45,909 nucleotides of DNA. Origin: Jimgerdemannia flammicorona. Lineage: Eukaryota. The stretch is taken from positions 1 through 45,909 of the forward strand of contig RBNJ01000056.1 in assembly GCA_003990765.1 (NCBI GenBank), in the 5' to 3' direction. Below are positions 1-13,277 of this stretch, piece by piece. Made by a program: the position numbers and the translations under genes. Positions within the stretch are counted from its first letter, which is position 1, and the number at the start of each line of letters is the position of its first letter. The notes beneath the pieces are model-generated. The model had not been told where the DNA came from. It did not search any database and saw nothing but the letters and a program-made list of their open reading frames with translations.

Positions 1-517
1 CTAAGGTTTTCCACCTCCTCCCATGCATCCAGACCACCACTCCTCCTACCAGCATTTCTTCTCCATCAGTCCTATCCAACCACAAATCTCGAACCATGTT
101 AAAGTCCCCACCAAGAACATCGACCCCTTCCTCCAAGAAAATGCCCTCCTCCAGTAGTTCCTTGATCCACGCAATCCTCTCTCCCCTAGCCGCCAGGCAG
201 TAGCAGGAGCCCACCCTCACTGATTCCCACCTGGGCCGGTGCCATTCGCCCCAGACCAGTCGATCTCCCCAGTTCTTGATCCCCTCCAAATCTCCTCTAC
301 CCTTCTTCAACAGAATCGCCACTTTTCCAAACCAAGCAGTAGTCCCACCCCATTCCCTAGTCCATTCCACCTGATCATCCTCATCCTCACACCGTACATC
401 CTGCAGTAAAAAGAGATCAGCCTCCAATCTCTTTAGCCAAGTAAAAATGTTCTTTCACTGCCCAGATCCTTGAAGCCCATTCACATTGAGAGAGAAAATG
501 TTAGTTGTACTGTTCAT
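1..517 (-). pseudogene. LINE L-A ORF2, APE endonuclease N-terminal part (degenerate, partial)
   Basis: Reads MNSTTNIFSLNVNGLQGSGQ*KNIF...FLLQDVR...LGGDFNMV and contains in-frame stops. Confidence 0.88.
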
Positions 518-548
518 GATGAAAATTGTTAAAGATTAAGCCTCTCCT

Positions 549-2588
549 CTACAAATCCGCACCCAAGTCCACCTGTGCCAAATCCAAGTCGTGTCCTGTA
601 GCCAGTTCCTTCTTCTCAGCTTCCTGTGCCTCCAACCCCTCCAGAAGTTCAACCATTGCCCCATCCTCTTTCTCCTCAAAGTCCTCCCTATACTCCCTAC
701 AGGCCTCCTGCCAGAACTGCAAACCATGACATTCTGCCCAACAGTAGGCTGTCCGCTCACCCACAACAACCACCAGCTCTGCCTTCCTCATCTCATCCAC
801 CTCATAACCCTCTTCCTCCAGTAGTATCGTAAGAATCTCCATCTGCAGCATCTCCACCACTCCCTCACCATGCAGAACCTGTGCCCAGTGCTCCTCTGGC
901 ATGACCCTCAGATCCACTTCCCCCAACACCTCAGCAGCAAGGTTATCCATTACCTTGCTCATCCATAGCAGATTTCTGATCTCCTTCCCTCCAGGGGTCC
1001 CTGGCCGCCCTGCATCCAGCATCGTAGTATCTGCACCCACACTAGCATCCTCATTCCACTCCTCCTCTGGGACATCCACCAACTCATCCTCTCTGACAGC
1101 TACCACCTGGCCCCCTTTCGCCACATCTGGGACCCCAAAGGTAACCCGCTGGGCCCCCTTCATTGATACATCTTCCACCACCCCTTGCCACCCCACCGGG
1201 CCCCTCCTAATAAGTGGGGGGGGGGTACCATCCGACTCCTCCTCCCAGACCTCGAAAGTACCATCAGCATAAGGATTCCTGCCCAGGACCTTCGCAGCCC
1301 ATTCTTCCGGCACCACCGCCTCCTTTCCACCTTCGCTAGCCCATACACTAGCTTTGATGCCTCCAGACCCTTCAGCCCCATCAACCTTCCTCTTCTCCCC
1401 TCCTGTCATACTCGCCAAGAGCTCCCTCTGCCTCAAGCACCCCTGAGCCCTCTCCTACTGCCTCTTGTCAGTATGGATACGCTTCCCCTCCACAATCTCC
1501 AAATGTGTCGACTCCTCAAAGAGCTTCCAGGCCTTCGTCCGCCGTTCCACCGCACCACTCATCTCCTCCAATGCCTCCAACAAATCCTCCTCCTCCTCCT
1601 CACTCCCCTTCACCCTCGACACCTTATACATAAAGGCCCCCCACATCAATACTGAGGGCCAGTCACCAGTCTTCCCTGTGGCCTCCCTCCCTGCCAGCCG
1701 AATCCTGACATCCACATCGCCAGTCCTGATCGTCATCCCCTCCCACACCTGGAAGCCAATATCCACCACATCTCCATACTCCGCCATCACCTCCTCTACC
1801 CTCCTCCTTGTCTCCTCCTTCATCACTGTGGGCACCCCCTTCACCAGCAGCTGCACCACCCTGGGGTCCCACCTCAAACATCGTACCATGGGGACCACTA
1901 CCTCGCCAACTGCCACCCCTGCCCTCAGCGCCTCTTCCAGTAGGCCCACCTCCTTAAAGCCCACCTCAACTCCCTCCAGACCCTTCAGGAATTTCACCGA
2001 TGCCACCCCAGCCACCTGCTTCGAGATAAGCCCCAAGACCATCCTTGCCGTCACCCCTAAGCCTTGGAAGCACAGAGTCACCACAAACTCCGAGATTGAC
2101 TTCTTGAGTAACGGTACCACCGCCAGCCCCGTAACACCATCGGCCAGGTCCCCCTTCTGCATTGGGACCCCCTGCCCCACCTGGCCATCAGCCGTCACAT
2201 CTCTTTTTTTTTCCTGATCTGCCGTCATACCCCCATCAGCAGTCCCACCCCCAGCCACAGATCCTCCAGACCCTATGCTCATACCTCCAACCTGAGGACC
2301 ACCCCCCCTCCCAAGGCTCACCTTGCCCTTCTCCACAGCAGCACCAGCCCTGTCGCCAGCCCTGTCGCCAACTGGCCATCCACTCTCCTTCATCTTGTCA
2401 GCAAAGCTGGGGGGACCAGCCCTTCCCCTGTTACCACCCAGCACTGGTCCTCCTCCAGAGCCCTCTCCACCTTTCGACCCTCCAAAGGCCCCCATCCCCA
2501 GGCCAAAACCCCTCCCCACCTCCTGCCAGCTGAAAGCCCCAGCTCTCCCCGACCCAGTACGCCCGTCGGAACTCTTGCTCGAAGACAT
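549..2588 (-). pseudogene. LINE L-A ORF1 (~679 aa; Gly-rich N-terminus, RRM-like core, acidic C-terminal domain) with one premature stop
   Basis: ORFs 1455-2588 and 549-1436 are in the same frame. The TAG at 1455-1457 is TGG (KRQW/KKQW) in copies L-C and L-D. Confidence 0.88.
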
Positions 2589-2884
2589 GATGATAGTACC
2601 TTTTCTCCTAGTAGTGTCGAAAACTGTTGCTTGAAGTCTTGTGTAACGCGAATTGTACTGGAGAAAGATGAGTATCTCCTATATCTTTATCATAATAGTA
2701 GTATAGAGTCTTTCTCTTAATATTCTTGAAGTCTATGGCTAGAATATTCTCAAATTTGCAAAGTATCTTCTTGAGTTTCTTCTTGAGTGGGAATTTATCT
2801 TCAATAGTATAACTGTACTTATTTGTGGTTTTCTCCTTCTTGTAATCCAGTTCAGTGATCTTAGTGCTGGTGAATACTCCTCTT

Positions 2885-3324
2885 TCTATAGATCTGAATT
2901 CTTTCTTTCCTCTTTCTGTTTCCTCCAACTTCTTAACTTCTATAATCTTTGGCTAAAGAACTGAGAAGATCAACATCTGTACTAATTGGTCCTTCTTCTT
3001 GATTGGAAATGGAATCTTGGAGTTGTGATTTCTAGCAATAAGTAGTATCTCTCCAATATAATCTGAATCAATGACTCCTCCTTTAATTATAATCTCACTC
3101 TTAGTCAGACTGCTTGTCTTGAGGATTCTGATATGGTCTTTTGGAATAGTCATCTCCAGATCAGTTGTGAGTAGAGTAGTTATTTGGGGCTTAAGTATAG
3201 TTTTCTCTACTATAGTGATATCTATTCTAGCTGTATTCTCTAACTTATATTCTGATAGAACTGCATCAGGATGGATCCTCTGAATCTTGACCTTGATTTC
3301 TTCTTCATCTTTACTGTCTTTCAA
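2885..3324 (-). pseudogene. Retroelement-encoded trimeric dUTPase domain (degenerate)
   Basis: All five dUTPase motifs are recognisable though mutated: ARIDI (AGxD), TSSL (RSS), GGVIDSDYIGEI, DQLVQM and ERGKKEFRS (RGxxGFGS). One internal stop at 2953-2955. Confidence 0.88.
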
Positions 3325-3639
3325 GAGGGCTGACTATTTGTCATCCTCTTCCTCCTCCTTATCTTCTCCTACCTACTTCTCAAGAGCCTTCTGTTTCCTT
3401 TCATAGTAGATCTTCTTAATTCTGCTGGTATACTGGTAGCAGTTATTGATATACTCTATATAGTATATTCTGATCTCATGGAGGCAGACTCCTTATAGTG
3501 CATATTCTTTAATGATCCTCTTACACTAGTTCTCTTTACTGATCTATCTAACTTTCTTCTTTTTTTTCTGAGTAGTTACCATATAGACTTCTTTTTGCTT
3601 ACTTTTTTTTTCTTCCATCTCAGGCAGTACTCTCTTATT

Positions 3640-4010
3640 GACATTGATGGGAATTTGCATCTTCTGACCTCAGTAGATAATCTATATCTTCTAGGCATTT
3701 AGGTCAATTATTGCTCTGATTTTATGAAGTCACTGATTCCTAGTAAGGATGTCATAATTAGTAGTATTAGTTATGATCATGTCTACTGAGATTGTTGCTC
3801 CTCTGAACTTGATGGAAATATCTCAAATCTTTCTTAGGAGTGTGGCTCTTATTCTATCTGCTATAATAAATACCAACTTGGTTACTTCTTCAACCTCTTA
3901 ACCTAAGCAGTCTGCTGCTTTTTTGCTAAGAAGACATCCTCCTGCTCTAGTATCAATAATAGTCTCAAAGATTCTATCTTTAATTTGGCAGATTACATAG
4001 ATAGAGGTCT
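3640..4010 (-). pseudogene. Retropepsin-like aspartic protease domain of G-A (degenerate)
   Basis: FETIIDTRAGGCLLSKKAADCLG...NYDILTRNQ*L matches the D[ST]G and ILG.DWL pattern after G>A reversion. Confidence 0.75.
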
Positions 4011-5603
4011 TGTAATTATCTTCACTTTCTTCTTCAGAGTCTTCTTAAATATTATTGGTCTCAGTTGTCTTCCAACCTTGCTCTTTAGTTATCTCAGTAT
4101 ATCCATATCTCATTTGCTATCTGAATATAAGTATTTCTACCAGCTGGCCAAAAGTTGTATTGATATTTTATTAGCTAAGATCCTTGAAGATATTATACTT
4201 AAAGGTCTTGATTTTGCAAAGCTTCTTCTCCTTTTCTCTTTTACTAGCTGGAGTAGTACCTTAAATGATATCTTGAACAGCCTATTCCAGTTCCATATCT
4301 TGATCCATCTCTTTAGCTTGGCTTTCTATAGTAGTCTCTATCTGTTTTTCCACAGAGTTCTTCTTGAATCTCCCTGGTGGTCTCTTATAGGGTTGCTTGC
4401 AGACATGCTTCTTAACAGTCTCAGCAGAGTAGACTTTCTATTCTTCTTTATCTGATTCTCCAATCTCCTCAAAGGTGATAGTGTTGGCTTATTTCTTATT
4501 TCGAGTAGTATTGCTAGACTGGACCTTATACTTGATTTTGCTTATATGTATATTCATATAAGTAGTGACCTTCTTCTCCACAGGTATAGCAGATATCTTA
4601 CTTCTTGTCTGAGGTGACAGCAAACTTCTGAACTAGGCAGTAGTCTCTTTCTCTAATTTCCTTTACCACATCTCCTAGATGAGTAGTTATTTTGACAAAT
4701 TTCTTAGCAAGTTCCTCTATAGAGTCAATATTTCTCTACTACTCAGTAGCTCTTGACTGAGGTATATTTTAATTGATTACTGTGATAGGAATCACCCTAG
4801 TTGCCTTAGGTACTTTAATTCTAACTTCAGTAACTCTTTCTATTATATGAACTTGTAGATGTCTGGCTATTCAGTATCACTAAGTATAGGTGATCTTTTG
4901 TGCTAAATTCAGAACTACTGGTGATAAGTAAATGATCAGAACTATCTCTGAGTAGACTCTCTTCATAAAGATTGCTTCTGCTACTTAATCTCAAATGACA
5001 GTAGTATTATCTATAAGGATTATCTGATATTAGATTCTGGTATAGAATGTATTTAGATCTTTACTTATTTTTTAATATGTTGTATTGAGCTAATCCTTTA
5101 GTACTTGCTTGATCTTGTCTATATAATAGGTAGTTTAGAGCCAGGTCTTCTGTGCTACTAGTATGGTATTATCATTATTTTCTATATAGGTTGCAGCTGT
5201 AAATACTACTCTTGCTGATCCTTAGAGACTAAAGAGCATAAGAGCTACTTGCTATCTTACTGTCAGGGTCCTTATAGTAGTATACTACTTGAAGTTATTA
5301 ATGAATATAATGATTGATTCATCTGAAGTATATCTATAGAATACTGATGGTCTCATATCTATCTTGTCTGGATGTCTTGATTTGATTTGTATAGTTGTTT
5401 GAGTGGTAACAGTTGTTTGTTATTCAGCTTAAAAGTGAGGGATTTATCTTAAATTATTAACTAATGAGCACTAAGTTATAATATAGTAGACACATAACTA
5501 TATAAGTATATCAGATTTCTGTATCTTGAAAACTTGATCTTCTTTGATTCTGCAGAGTTCTTAGGATATAGGAGTGGGTGAGTTTGAAGTATATCTGCCT
5601 ATA

Positions 5604-5606
<3 letters not shown>

Positions 5607-5652
<46 letters not shown>

Positions 5653-8600
5653 GTCACTTGGACTCCATCTTTATTACCAGTCTATGAATAAGTATACAAT
5701 ATCACCACCCACTATCCAATCCCCCTAGGGGGGCCCCTCTCCACCTCTTTCTGGATAAAGACCACCCTCTCACCAATGACTCCAACTCTCCCACCACTCT
5801 GACCACAGATTTTCTCTACCAAGCAGTGCCTCTAACCCCTCTGCAGCCCCCAACCAAGCCACCAGCCTGTCAAGGTGTCCTCCATAAGGTACTGCCACTG
5901 TGATAACCGGCTTCCTAAGCTCTGTCACCTCTCCTCCTCAAAAACAAATAGCCAGTGACTGGCCAGCCCAACCCATATAGCCAATGCCCAGCCTAAGGTA
6001 ATCCACTCCACCTCTACCCCTCCTACCAATCGATCCTTCAGGTCCTCCCACCTCTCCTATACATCATCTTCCCTATGCCTCACCCCCAAGCAGTCCCCAA
6101 TGGCCCATCAAAAGTCTCCCAACACCTCACACTCTCCTAGCCAATGTTCTGGCATCTGTACAAATCCCCCTTCTTGCCCTACATTAAGGCACTCCTTACA
6201 GTCAAAGCAACCCCCCACAATAAGGTGTCCTGAGCAGAAGTTGAGCATCACATTCCTCCTCAGCATGTGCCACCAGACTACCCAGTACTTCAGCAGCATC
6301 CATTTTTTCACTGTGGTACTCCAGGTCCAAACACCATACCAGTCTCACTCCTCTCCAATTCCAACTCCTTGCCAACCACTAGGCCACAGATTCTGGCCCA
6401 GTCCTCTTTGGCATTCTACTCCATCACCAATGTTGAACTCAAGTAAAGGTACGCCACTCAGTAGAATACCATCCCATCTCCACATTGCTGGGTCCCAAGC
6501 CCTCTCCCCCTCATTCCCTTGCCAGCGAATACCAATGTGGTGTGCCCCCTCTGCAATCCCCCACCTGAAACCTTTATATCACAATTGTGCAGTGTTCTGA
6601 AGTCCAACTAAAGAGAGAAGATCACCAGTCGAGCCTCTAGATGATGACTGCCTCTCCCATACCTTCTGCAGCAGGGGAACCCAACCCCCTCCATGCAACT
6701 CCACTACCCTCTTAAGCCACCATACCCTCAAGCAATGTAGTCATTTGGGAAAGTCCACCAGCCCAAGACCACCTCTCACTACCAGTAGGGACAAGGTCTT
6801 CCAACTGATCTGACTCCATCTGCCAGCCCAAATCCATCCCTTGGCCACCTTCACCAATCTCTTCACTACCCAGGCTGGGAAGTCCAGATGATAAGCCAAA
6901 TACCACAGCTTTGGCAGCCAGTATACATTCAAAATCAAGATCCTTCCCACCAGAGAAAAGGGTCTTCCCCCCCAACCCTGCAGATCCTCCTCCCAAGTTC
7001 CAACTTGCTGCTCCCACTACAGCCTGGGCAGAACAGACCCATAGACTGACAAATAGATACCCAAGTACCACACTGCCTCACTGGTGGGGACTATTGTTCC
7101 AATAACCTCTCCTCCCACCAGGTCATTGCCTAGTACTATTGTTTCACACTTATGCCAATTCAGCTTTGCCCCAGAGTACTCCTTGTACCACTCCACTGTC
7201 TTTCTGAGCTTCTCGACATCAGCAATTGCTCCCAAACCAACCACCATGTCATCTGCAAAGGCTCCAACTTTCCAGCCAATGCCATAGATAGAGAGCCCCA
7301 CTATCCTCTGCCGAATTCTGTCCATTAGGGGTTCCAAGGAAAGAGCATACAAGATGGGGGACAGTGGGTCCCCCTGGAGCACCCCCCTACTCAGAGGGAA
7401 TGCTACCCCTCTATGCCCATTACACATGAGTGCAACCCTACTCCCTTCCAGTAGGCTGACCATCACTGACCAAAATTAGACTGGAACCCCAATTCTATCT
7501 AATACTCTCACCAGCCAGACTCATCACACCTGGTCATAAGCCTTCTCCTGGTCCAAGAAGACAAGATGCCTATCAAATCCACAGGCTCTAGCACCTTCAA
7601 TAACTCCATATACCCAGGCTGTACCATCTCTAATAAGCTGACCCCCTACAAAGCCCCTCTGCTCAACACCTACAATTTGCTGGGCTACCTTCTGTAGCCT
7701 TGCGACTACTACCTTAGTCACTAACTTTCTGTCCATATCTAGCAACATTATTGGCTGCCAGTTCTTCCAATCCTCTCACCTTCCTTTGTTCTTATAAAGC
7801 AGTGTCACCAGCCCAAGATCCTGCTCTCCCACTCATCTCCCTGACTACAATATAAAGTCACACAGTGCTGTCAACTCCCCCAATATGCCTGGGACTCTAA
7901 CCATTTGCTTCCAGAAGTCCCAGGGTAGGCCATCCTCCCCAGGTGCCATATCTGAGACTGTCGCAACAAGAACCTGGTAGATCTCCTCCTCCTTTATAGG
8001 CATCATCAGGTCACCTAGTCCCTTAACTTGTGGTGGGCACCAATCCTCTAATATTCAGTCAATGGCTGTAGCATCTGCCCCACCCTCCTCCTTACTCCAC
8101 AATTCACTCCATCACTCCTTCAGTGATCCAAGAATGTTCTGTACACCATACACTAGTACACTATCTGAGTCAAGCACCCCTTCCCACCGCTGTTGTACCC
8201 TTCTCACCCTAAGTGTCCTCATGAGAAACTTGGAAGGCCTCTCCCCTTCCTCCAGCCCCTGCCAATGAAGCCATGCCACCAGGCCTTGCATCCTTGTCTC
8301 TTCCTCTTCCCGCAGCATCTGTTGTAGTTCTCCAACCTCCATCTTCACCCTCATTAATCTCCAATCCTCTTCTCCCTCTACTATCATCAGTCTTGCCCAC
8401 TCCTCCAGGAGCCTAGCCAATCTAGTAGAAGCTCAATGCACTCTCTGCCTTTGCTACTTCCCAGCCTCTTGGCCAGCCTCACTCCAGTATATCCTGGCTA
8501 TCTCTTTCATCCTCATCCACCAAACCCCAATTGAGGCCCCCTCCTGCTACCAGTTCTCTATCTTCAGCTGAATGTCTCTAGCCCACTCCTCCCACCAGGA

Positions 8601-11509
8601 CTCATCATCTAACAAGGAGGAATTTAGGCACCAATGTCCAGAACCATCTCCACTTCCCCCAAAACACCCCTGTCCCAAAAGGCCCCAGTAATCTGACTAT
8701 GGACACCATTCCACCCCCAGCATCTTCCAAACATCGTGGCCCCAACAGTTGGCCATCAGAATCCAGTCAATTCTTATCCCCAGGCCTCCAGCCCAATGCA
8801 TATATACCCTCCTGTCCCTCCAGTACTCCCTACCAGCATCTACCAGTACTCCTAGCCTTTTGACTTTCTCTCACACCATCAGCCCCCCACTCCTGCTCTC
8901 AGCACCCCATCCTCCATCAGTTCTATCCAACTGTATATCCCGAACCATATTGAAATCTCCCCCAAGCATATCCACCCCAGCCTCAGTAAGGATCTCACTC
9001 TCCTGAAGCTCTTTCACCCAACCTACATGCTCCCCCCACACAGCAGAGCAGTAATAGGAGCCAACTATAACTGGCTCCCAGCCTGCACGAATCCACTCAC
9101 CCCAGACCAGTCTCTCCCCCCAGCTCCTCACATCTCTTATCTCCCCTTTGCCTTTCTGAACCAGAATCCTGACCTTGCTGTTCCAAATTGCCATGCTACT
9201 CCATTCCTTTATCCATTCTATCCTATCAGAATCATCCTCACACCTGATATCCTGCAAGAGGAAGAGATTAGCCTCCAATCCCTTCAGCCAAATAAATATG
9301 TTCCTATATTTAATAGCACCCCTTAGCCCATTCACATTCAAAGAAAAAATGTTAATTGTACTGTTTATAATGAAATACGATTTGTTCTCAGTCGATCTCT
9401 ACTGCTCTATGCTCATCTCCTCCTGTGCCATGTCCAGATTATGTTCTGCCATCACCTCCTCCTCTGTAGCCCTCTGAGCCTCCAATCCAGCCAACAGCTC
9501 ATTCATCTCCTCATTGGCCTTCTCCTCAAACTTCTCTCAGTACTCGATGCAAGCCTCCTGCCAAAGCTGCAATCCATGACACTTGTTCCAACAGTACTCA
9601 GCCCTCTCCCCAGTGATAACCACCATCTCTGCTTCCCACTCCTTGTCTACCTCATACCCTTCCTCCTCCAGATACACTGTGAGAATTTTCGCCTTCAGTG
9701 CCATTACCACTCCTTCCCCCTGCAAAATTCTTGCCCAGTGCTTATCACCTATTGCACGCAAGTCCACCTCCCCCAACTCTTCTGCTGTCAGGTTATTCAT
9801 CATCCTGCATATCCAAAGTAGGTTCCCCACCTCCTTCCCACCAGGGGTTGCTGGCCTCCCTCTATCTAGCATTGTGGTGTCAGCTCTGACACTCATGTCC
9901 TCATCCCATACCTCCAGGACATCCACCAGTTCCTCCTCCCTGGTCGCCACTATATGACCCCCATTCATTACTTCCAAAATGCTGAATTTCACCTGCTGAG
10001 TCCCCAGCATCATCATGTCCTCCCCAGTCTTGTTTCTGGAAGTCGGGCCATACCTGATAAGAGGAGAAGGAGTGGGGGAGTTCTTCCAGACCTCCTCCCA
10101 AACCTCCAAGGTGCCATCAGCATATGGGTCGACAATCTTCACCTCTTTTGCCTTCCCTGTCTCCACCCCATCATTCCCACTTCTCTCACCAGCCCAGATG
10201 CTTGCTTTGGCCCCTTTCATACCCATCTTCTCACTCACATCCTTCTGTGGTCTGCCCTCCAGTTTAGCCAGCAGATCCTTCTATGTATCTCTTCCTCCCC
10301 TGAGCCCTTTCCCACTACATCTTGTCCACTCAAATTCTCTTTCCATCTACCACCTCCAGGTGCATTGACTCTATGAAAGCCTTCCAGGCCTTTGCTCACT
10401 GCTCCACAGCCCCATCCAGTTCTTCCAGTACTTCTAATAAATCCTCTTCCTCCTCTTCACTTCCTTTCACCCTCATCACCTTGTACAAGATCACTCCCCA
10501 AACCATCACCAAAGGCCAGTCCCTCGCCTTCCCAGTGGCTTCTTTCCCAGCCAGCCAAATCCTCACATCCACATCCCCAGTCCTGAGCATGGTCCCTTCC
10601 CAGACCCTGAATCCGATATCTACCACCTCTTCATACTCCACCATGATATCCTCAACTCTCTTTCTCATCTCCATTGCCATCACCATGGACACTCCTTTCA
10701 CCAACAGTTGAACCACCCTCAGATCCCATCTCAAACATCTCACCATTGGAACACACACCTCCCCAATCACCAACCCAACCTTCAGTACCTCCTCCAGCAG
10801 CTCAGCCTCCTCAAAACCCACCTCCACACCCTCCAGTCCCTTCAGAAACTTCACCGAAGCAGCTCCTGCCACCTGCTTAGCGATAAGCCCCAGCACCATC
10901 TTCACCATCACCACTAAGCCCCAGAAGCATAGTGTAACTGTGAATGCTGCGATCAATTTCTTGAGTAATGGGGCCACTGTCAGGCCCATCATACTATCCA
11001 CCAAATCTCCTTGTCTTCCAAGCCCCAGCTGCTCAGCCCCACCAACAGCTATCACATCTGGATTTTTTTCCAGATTAGCAGTCCTGTTGCCATCAGCAGT
11101 TACACTCCCTCCAGCTACTACTTCCCCAGCTTCACTGCTCTCTCTTCCAAGGGCCACTCCCCCACACACCACCACCTTCTCGGTCTCCTTGCCCCTTCTC
11201 AGCCAGCCCTCCAGCTCTAATGCCTGCTGCCTCCCCTTTACCATCTCTACAAAGCTCGCCCTCCCAGACCTCTGTCCTCCACCAGTACCTCTACCCCTTC
11301 CTCATCCTCTCACCAGTAGCCCCCTCATGCCCCCCCTCAGGCCTGGACCCCTCCCAACTTGCTGCCATTTGAAAGTACTTGGGCTGCCCTGCCCAGTACA
11401 CACCTTAGCTCATCTCTCAGTTGTTATGTTGTTAGTCTCTTTACTCCAAAAATGATATCATGAGTACCTTCCAAATATTGTGTAATCTGAATGGTATCAG
11501 AGAAAGATG
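5607..11509 (-). mobile_element. Full-length L1/Tx1-like LINE, copy L-B (~5.9 kb) with poly(A) tail and TSD
   Basis: Poly(T) at 5607-5649. TSD ATCTGCCTATATAC at 5593-5606 and 11510-11523. ORF1 ~11427-9400 and ORF2 ~9368-5712 carry NVNGL, GGDFN, LDQEKAYD, QGDPLSP, AFADD, YLG, a C-terminal CxxC..H..C and the end PPRGIG*. Many stops. Confidence 0.95.
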
Positions 11510-11523
11510 ATCTGCCTATATAC

Positions 11524-11801
11524 TTACTAGTTCTCTTACTTTCTCTTTACTTTGAACTATTTTGATCTGAGATTTATTCACTTTAAATACTAGAGTTATT
11601 TATATAAGTTTACTAGCTATAAGATAGCTAAGTTATAACTATATTTCCTATGAGTCATACTTTAATATCTACAAAAAGTTTCCACATTTGTTAAATATGA
11701 CTGCTATTTGTATGGCTATATAATATTTGGAAATTGGATTTAGATATTACAATCAAATATCTATTCTTCTGATTTATATTACTAATTCAGATCAACTATT
11801 A
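11524..11801 (-). mobile_element. 5' end (putative LTR/leader) of Gypsy copy G-A, separated from its body by L-B
   Basis: Reverse complement aligns with 24978-25360. Homology begins at TAATAGTTGATCTGAATTAG (TGATGGTTGATCTGAATTAG in G-B, a TG start). Confidence 0.75.
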
Positions 11802-13277
11802 TACTGTGTAATATAGTATATTTATCTATATACTAAGTACTTACTGAAGATAGAAAATATACAAACAGACTTACTGAGTTATATCTATTCTAATCCTAAT
11901 AATTAGAAACTTTACTCCTTTATTTTTCAGCTTTTTCTTCACTAATGAGATCTGATCTATATAGATCTTTTTACCTCTCAGATGATCATATAGATCTCAC
12001 TCTTCTATAGCTAGAAAACCAATTCTGAAGTCTAGAGGATAGATGCTTTTTATCACTAATAGCTATCTATAGGAGCTTATACAAACTCTTCTAAAATTCT
12101 GCTCAACTATATCTTATATAAGATAAAGAGAACTATTATTTATATCTAATTTCCATTACTCTATTTTGATAGTAATAAAGCTGATAGTCCAAACTTCTGG
12201 AGATAGTGATAGCTCCTCTTGTTCTTCTCTCTCATTGAGTATTAGTAATAGTAAAGTAGATTTACTACTAAGATATTCTCATATTATTGATTAGTAGCAT
12301 TTTTCAGAAACTATAATATTAGTAGAAACAACTCACTATCTTATCAGGACTAGCATTTGAGTCTTATCATATATGAACTATGAGTTTATATATTAATATT
12401 ATATTTATTAGTATCATCAATAATATATTAATCTCTTTTATATATCTACTAAATAGCAGATTAACTACTTAGTTGATAAAGAAATGAGTATCTATTAACT
12501 TTATAGTATCTGAACTATTTTGGACTACTTGACTCTAGCTATTAATAGTATCTAATTTTCCAAACTTTCTATAGTCTTCTATCTTATTCAGAGAGCAAAC
12601 TTATACCTCTCTCTACTCAAAGATAAGGCCCAATAGTGGGATATCTCTACCCTTATCTAATAGTTAGACTCTCTAAACTTCTTCAATTTTATCAAACAGA
12701 GAGTCTTGCAAGATAAGAAGATATATATCCTCCTTGTACTTTATACTTTATAATATATAGCAAGTGACTTTGTCTATTATTAGACTGTAGTTAACTTTGG
12801 GGCAGCCAAGATAACTAATCTACCAAAATGATTCTTTCTATAGACATGATTAAAGAGTATATACTAAATATCTATTTTCAGACTTTATATCTCATCTTAG
12901 TCCTTCTGGAAGTTAAGGATATATACTCAGTATACTGGATTTTCTACTAGATATACAAATGAAAACTCTATACCCACTAACTAATAGTGACTATCTCTTT
13001 ATTAGCATATGGTTTCCCTATTACAATCTGACCACTAATTGCCTTTATAACTGGTTTTTAGAATATATAGTAGTCACTAGCATTAATTCTATTTACTATC
13101 TCTACTCTATCTATATTGAGTCCTCTACCAAAGCATTGAAAAGATAGATACCCATTGATGAGATGCTTAAGAGTGGAAACTGGAGCTCTAAGATCACCTT
13201 TGAATATCATTATCACTTATTCTACAGGATGCTGGTTCTTTCTCAATTCTCTCAGGCCATATCTCTCATTTATATAG

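Larger units (their letters stand above)
1..2670 (-). mobile_element. L1/Tx1-like non-LTR retrotransposon, copy L-A (5' UTR, ORF1, start of ORF2; runs off the window)
   Basis: Collinear with the other three LINE copies. 5' end (CATCTTTCTCCAGTACAATTCG) is shared with them. ORF2 starts at 517 as MNSTTNIFSLNVNGL with the APE motifs LQD and GGDFN. The element interrupts the Gypsy pol at ~2670. Confidence 0.93.
2671..5606 (-). mobile_element. Ty3/Gypsy-like LTR retrotransposon remnant, copy G-A, internal part (gag, zinc knuckle, aspartic protease, dUTPase, pre-RT linker)
   Basis: Decayed gag (MRPSVFYRYTSDESII, ~5360). Zinc knuckle CYTCGEEGHYLYEY at ~4550-4591 (last Cys mutated TGT>TAT). Protease IIDTRAGGCLLS at ~3925-3962 (DTG>DTR). 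dUTPase at 2885-3324. Many stops, very AT-rich. Confidence 0.85.

Noticed and set aside
1437-1457. LINE with three ORFs, or programmed readthrough in ORF1
   Set aside because: The stop is TGG in L-C and L-D, and stops fall at different positions in each copy, consistent with mutation.
2953-3324. Host dUTPase gene
   Set aside because: It is embedded in a retroelement polyprotein, has mutated catalytic motifs and an internal stop, and shows no gene structure of its own.
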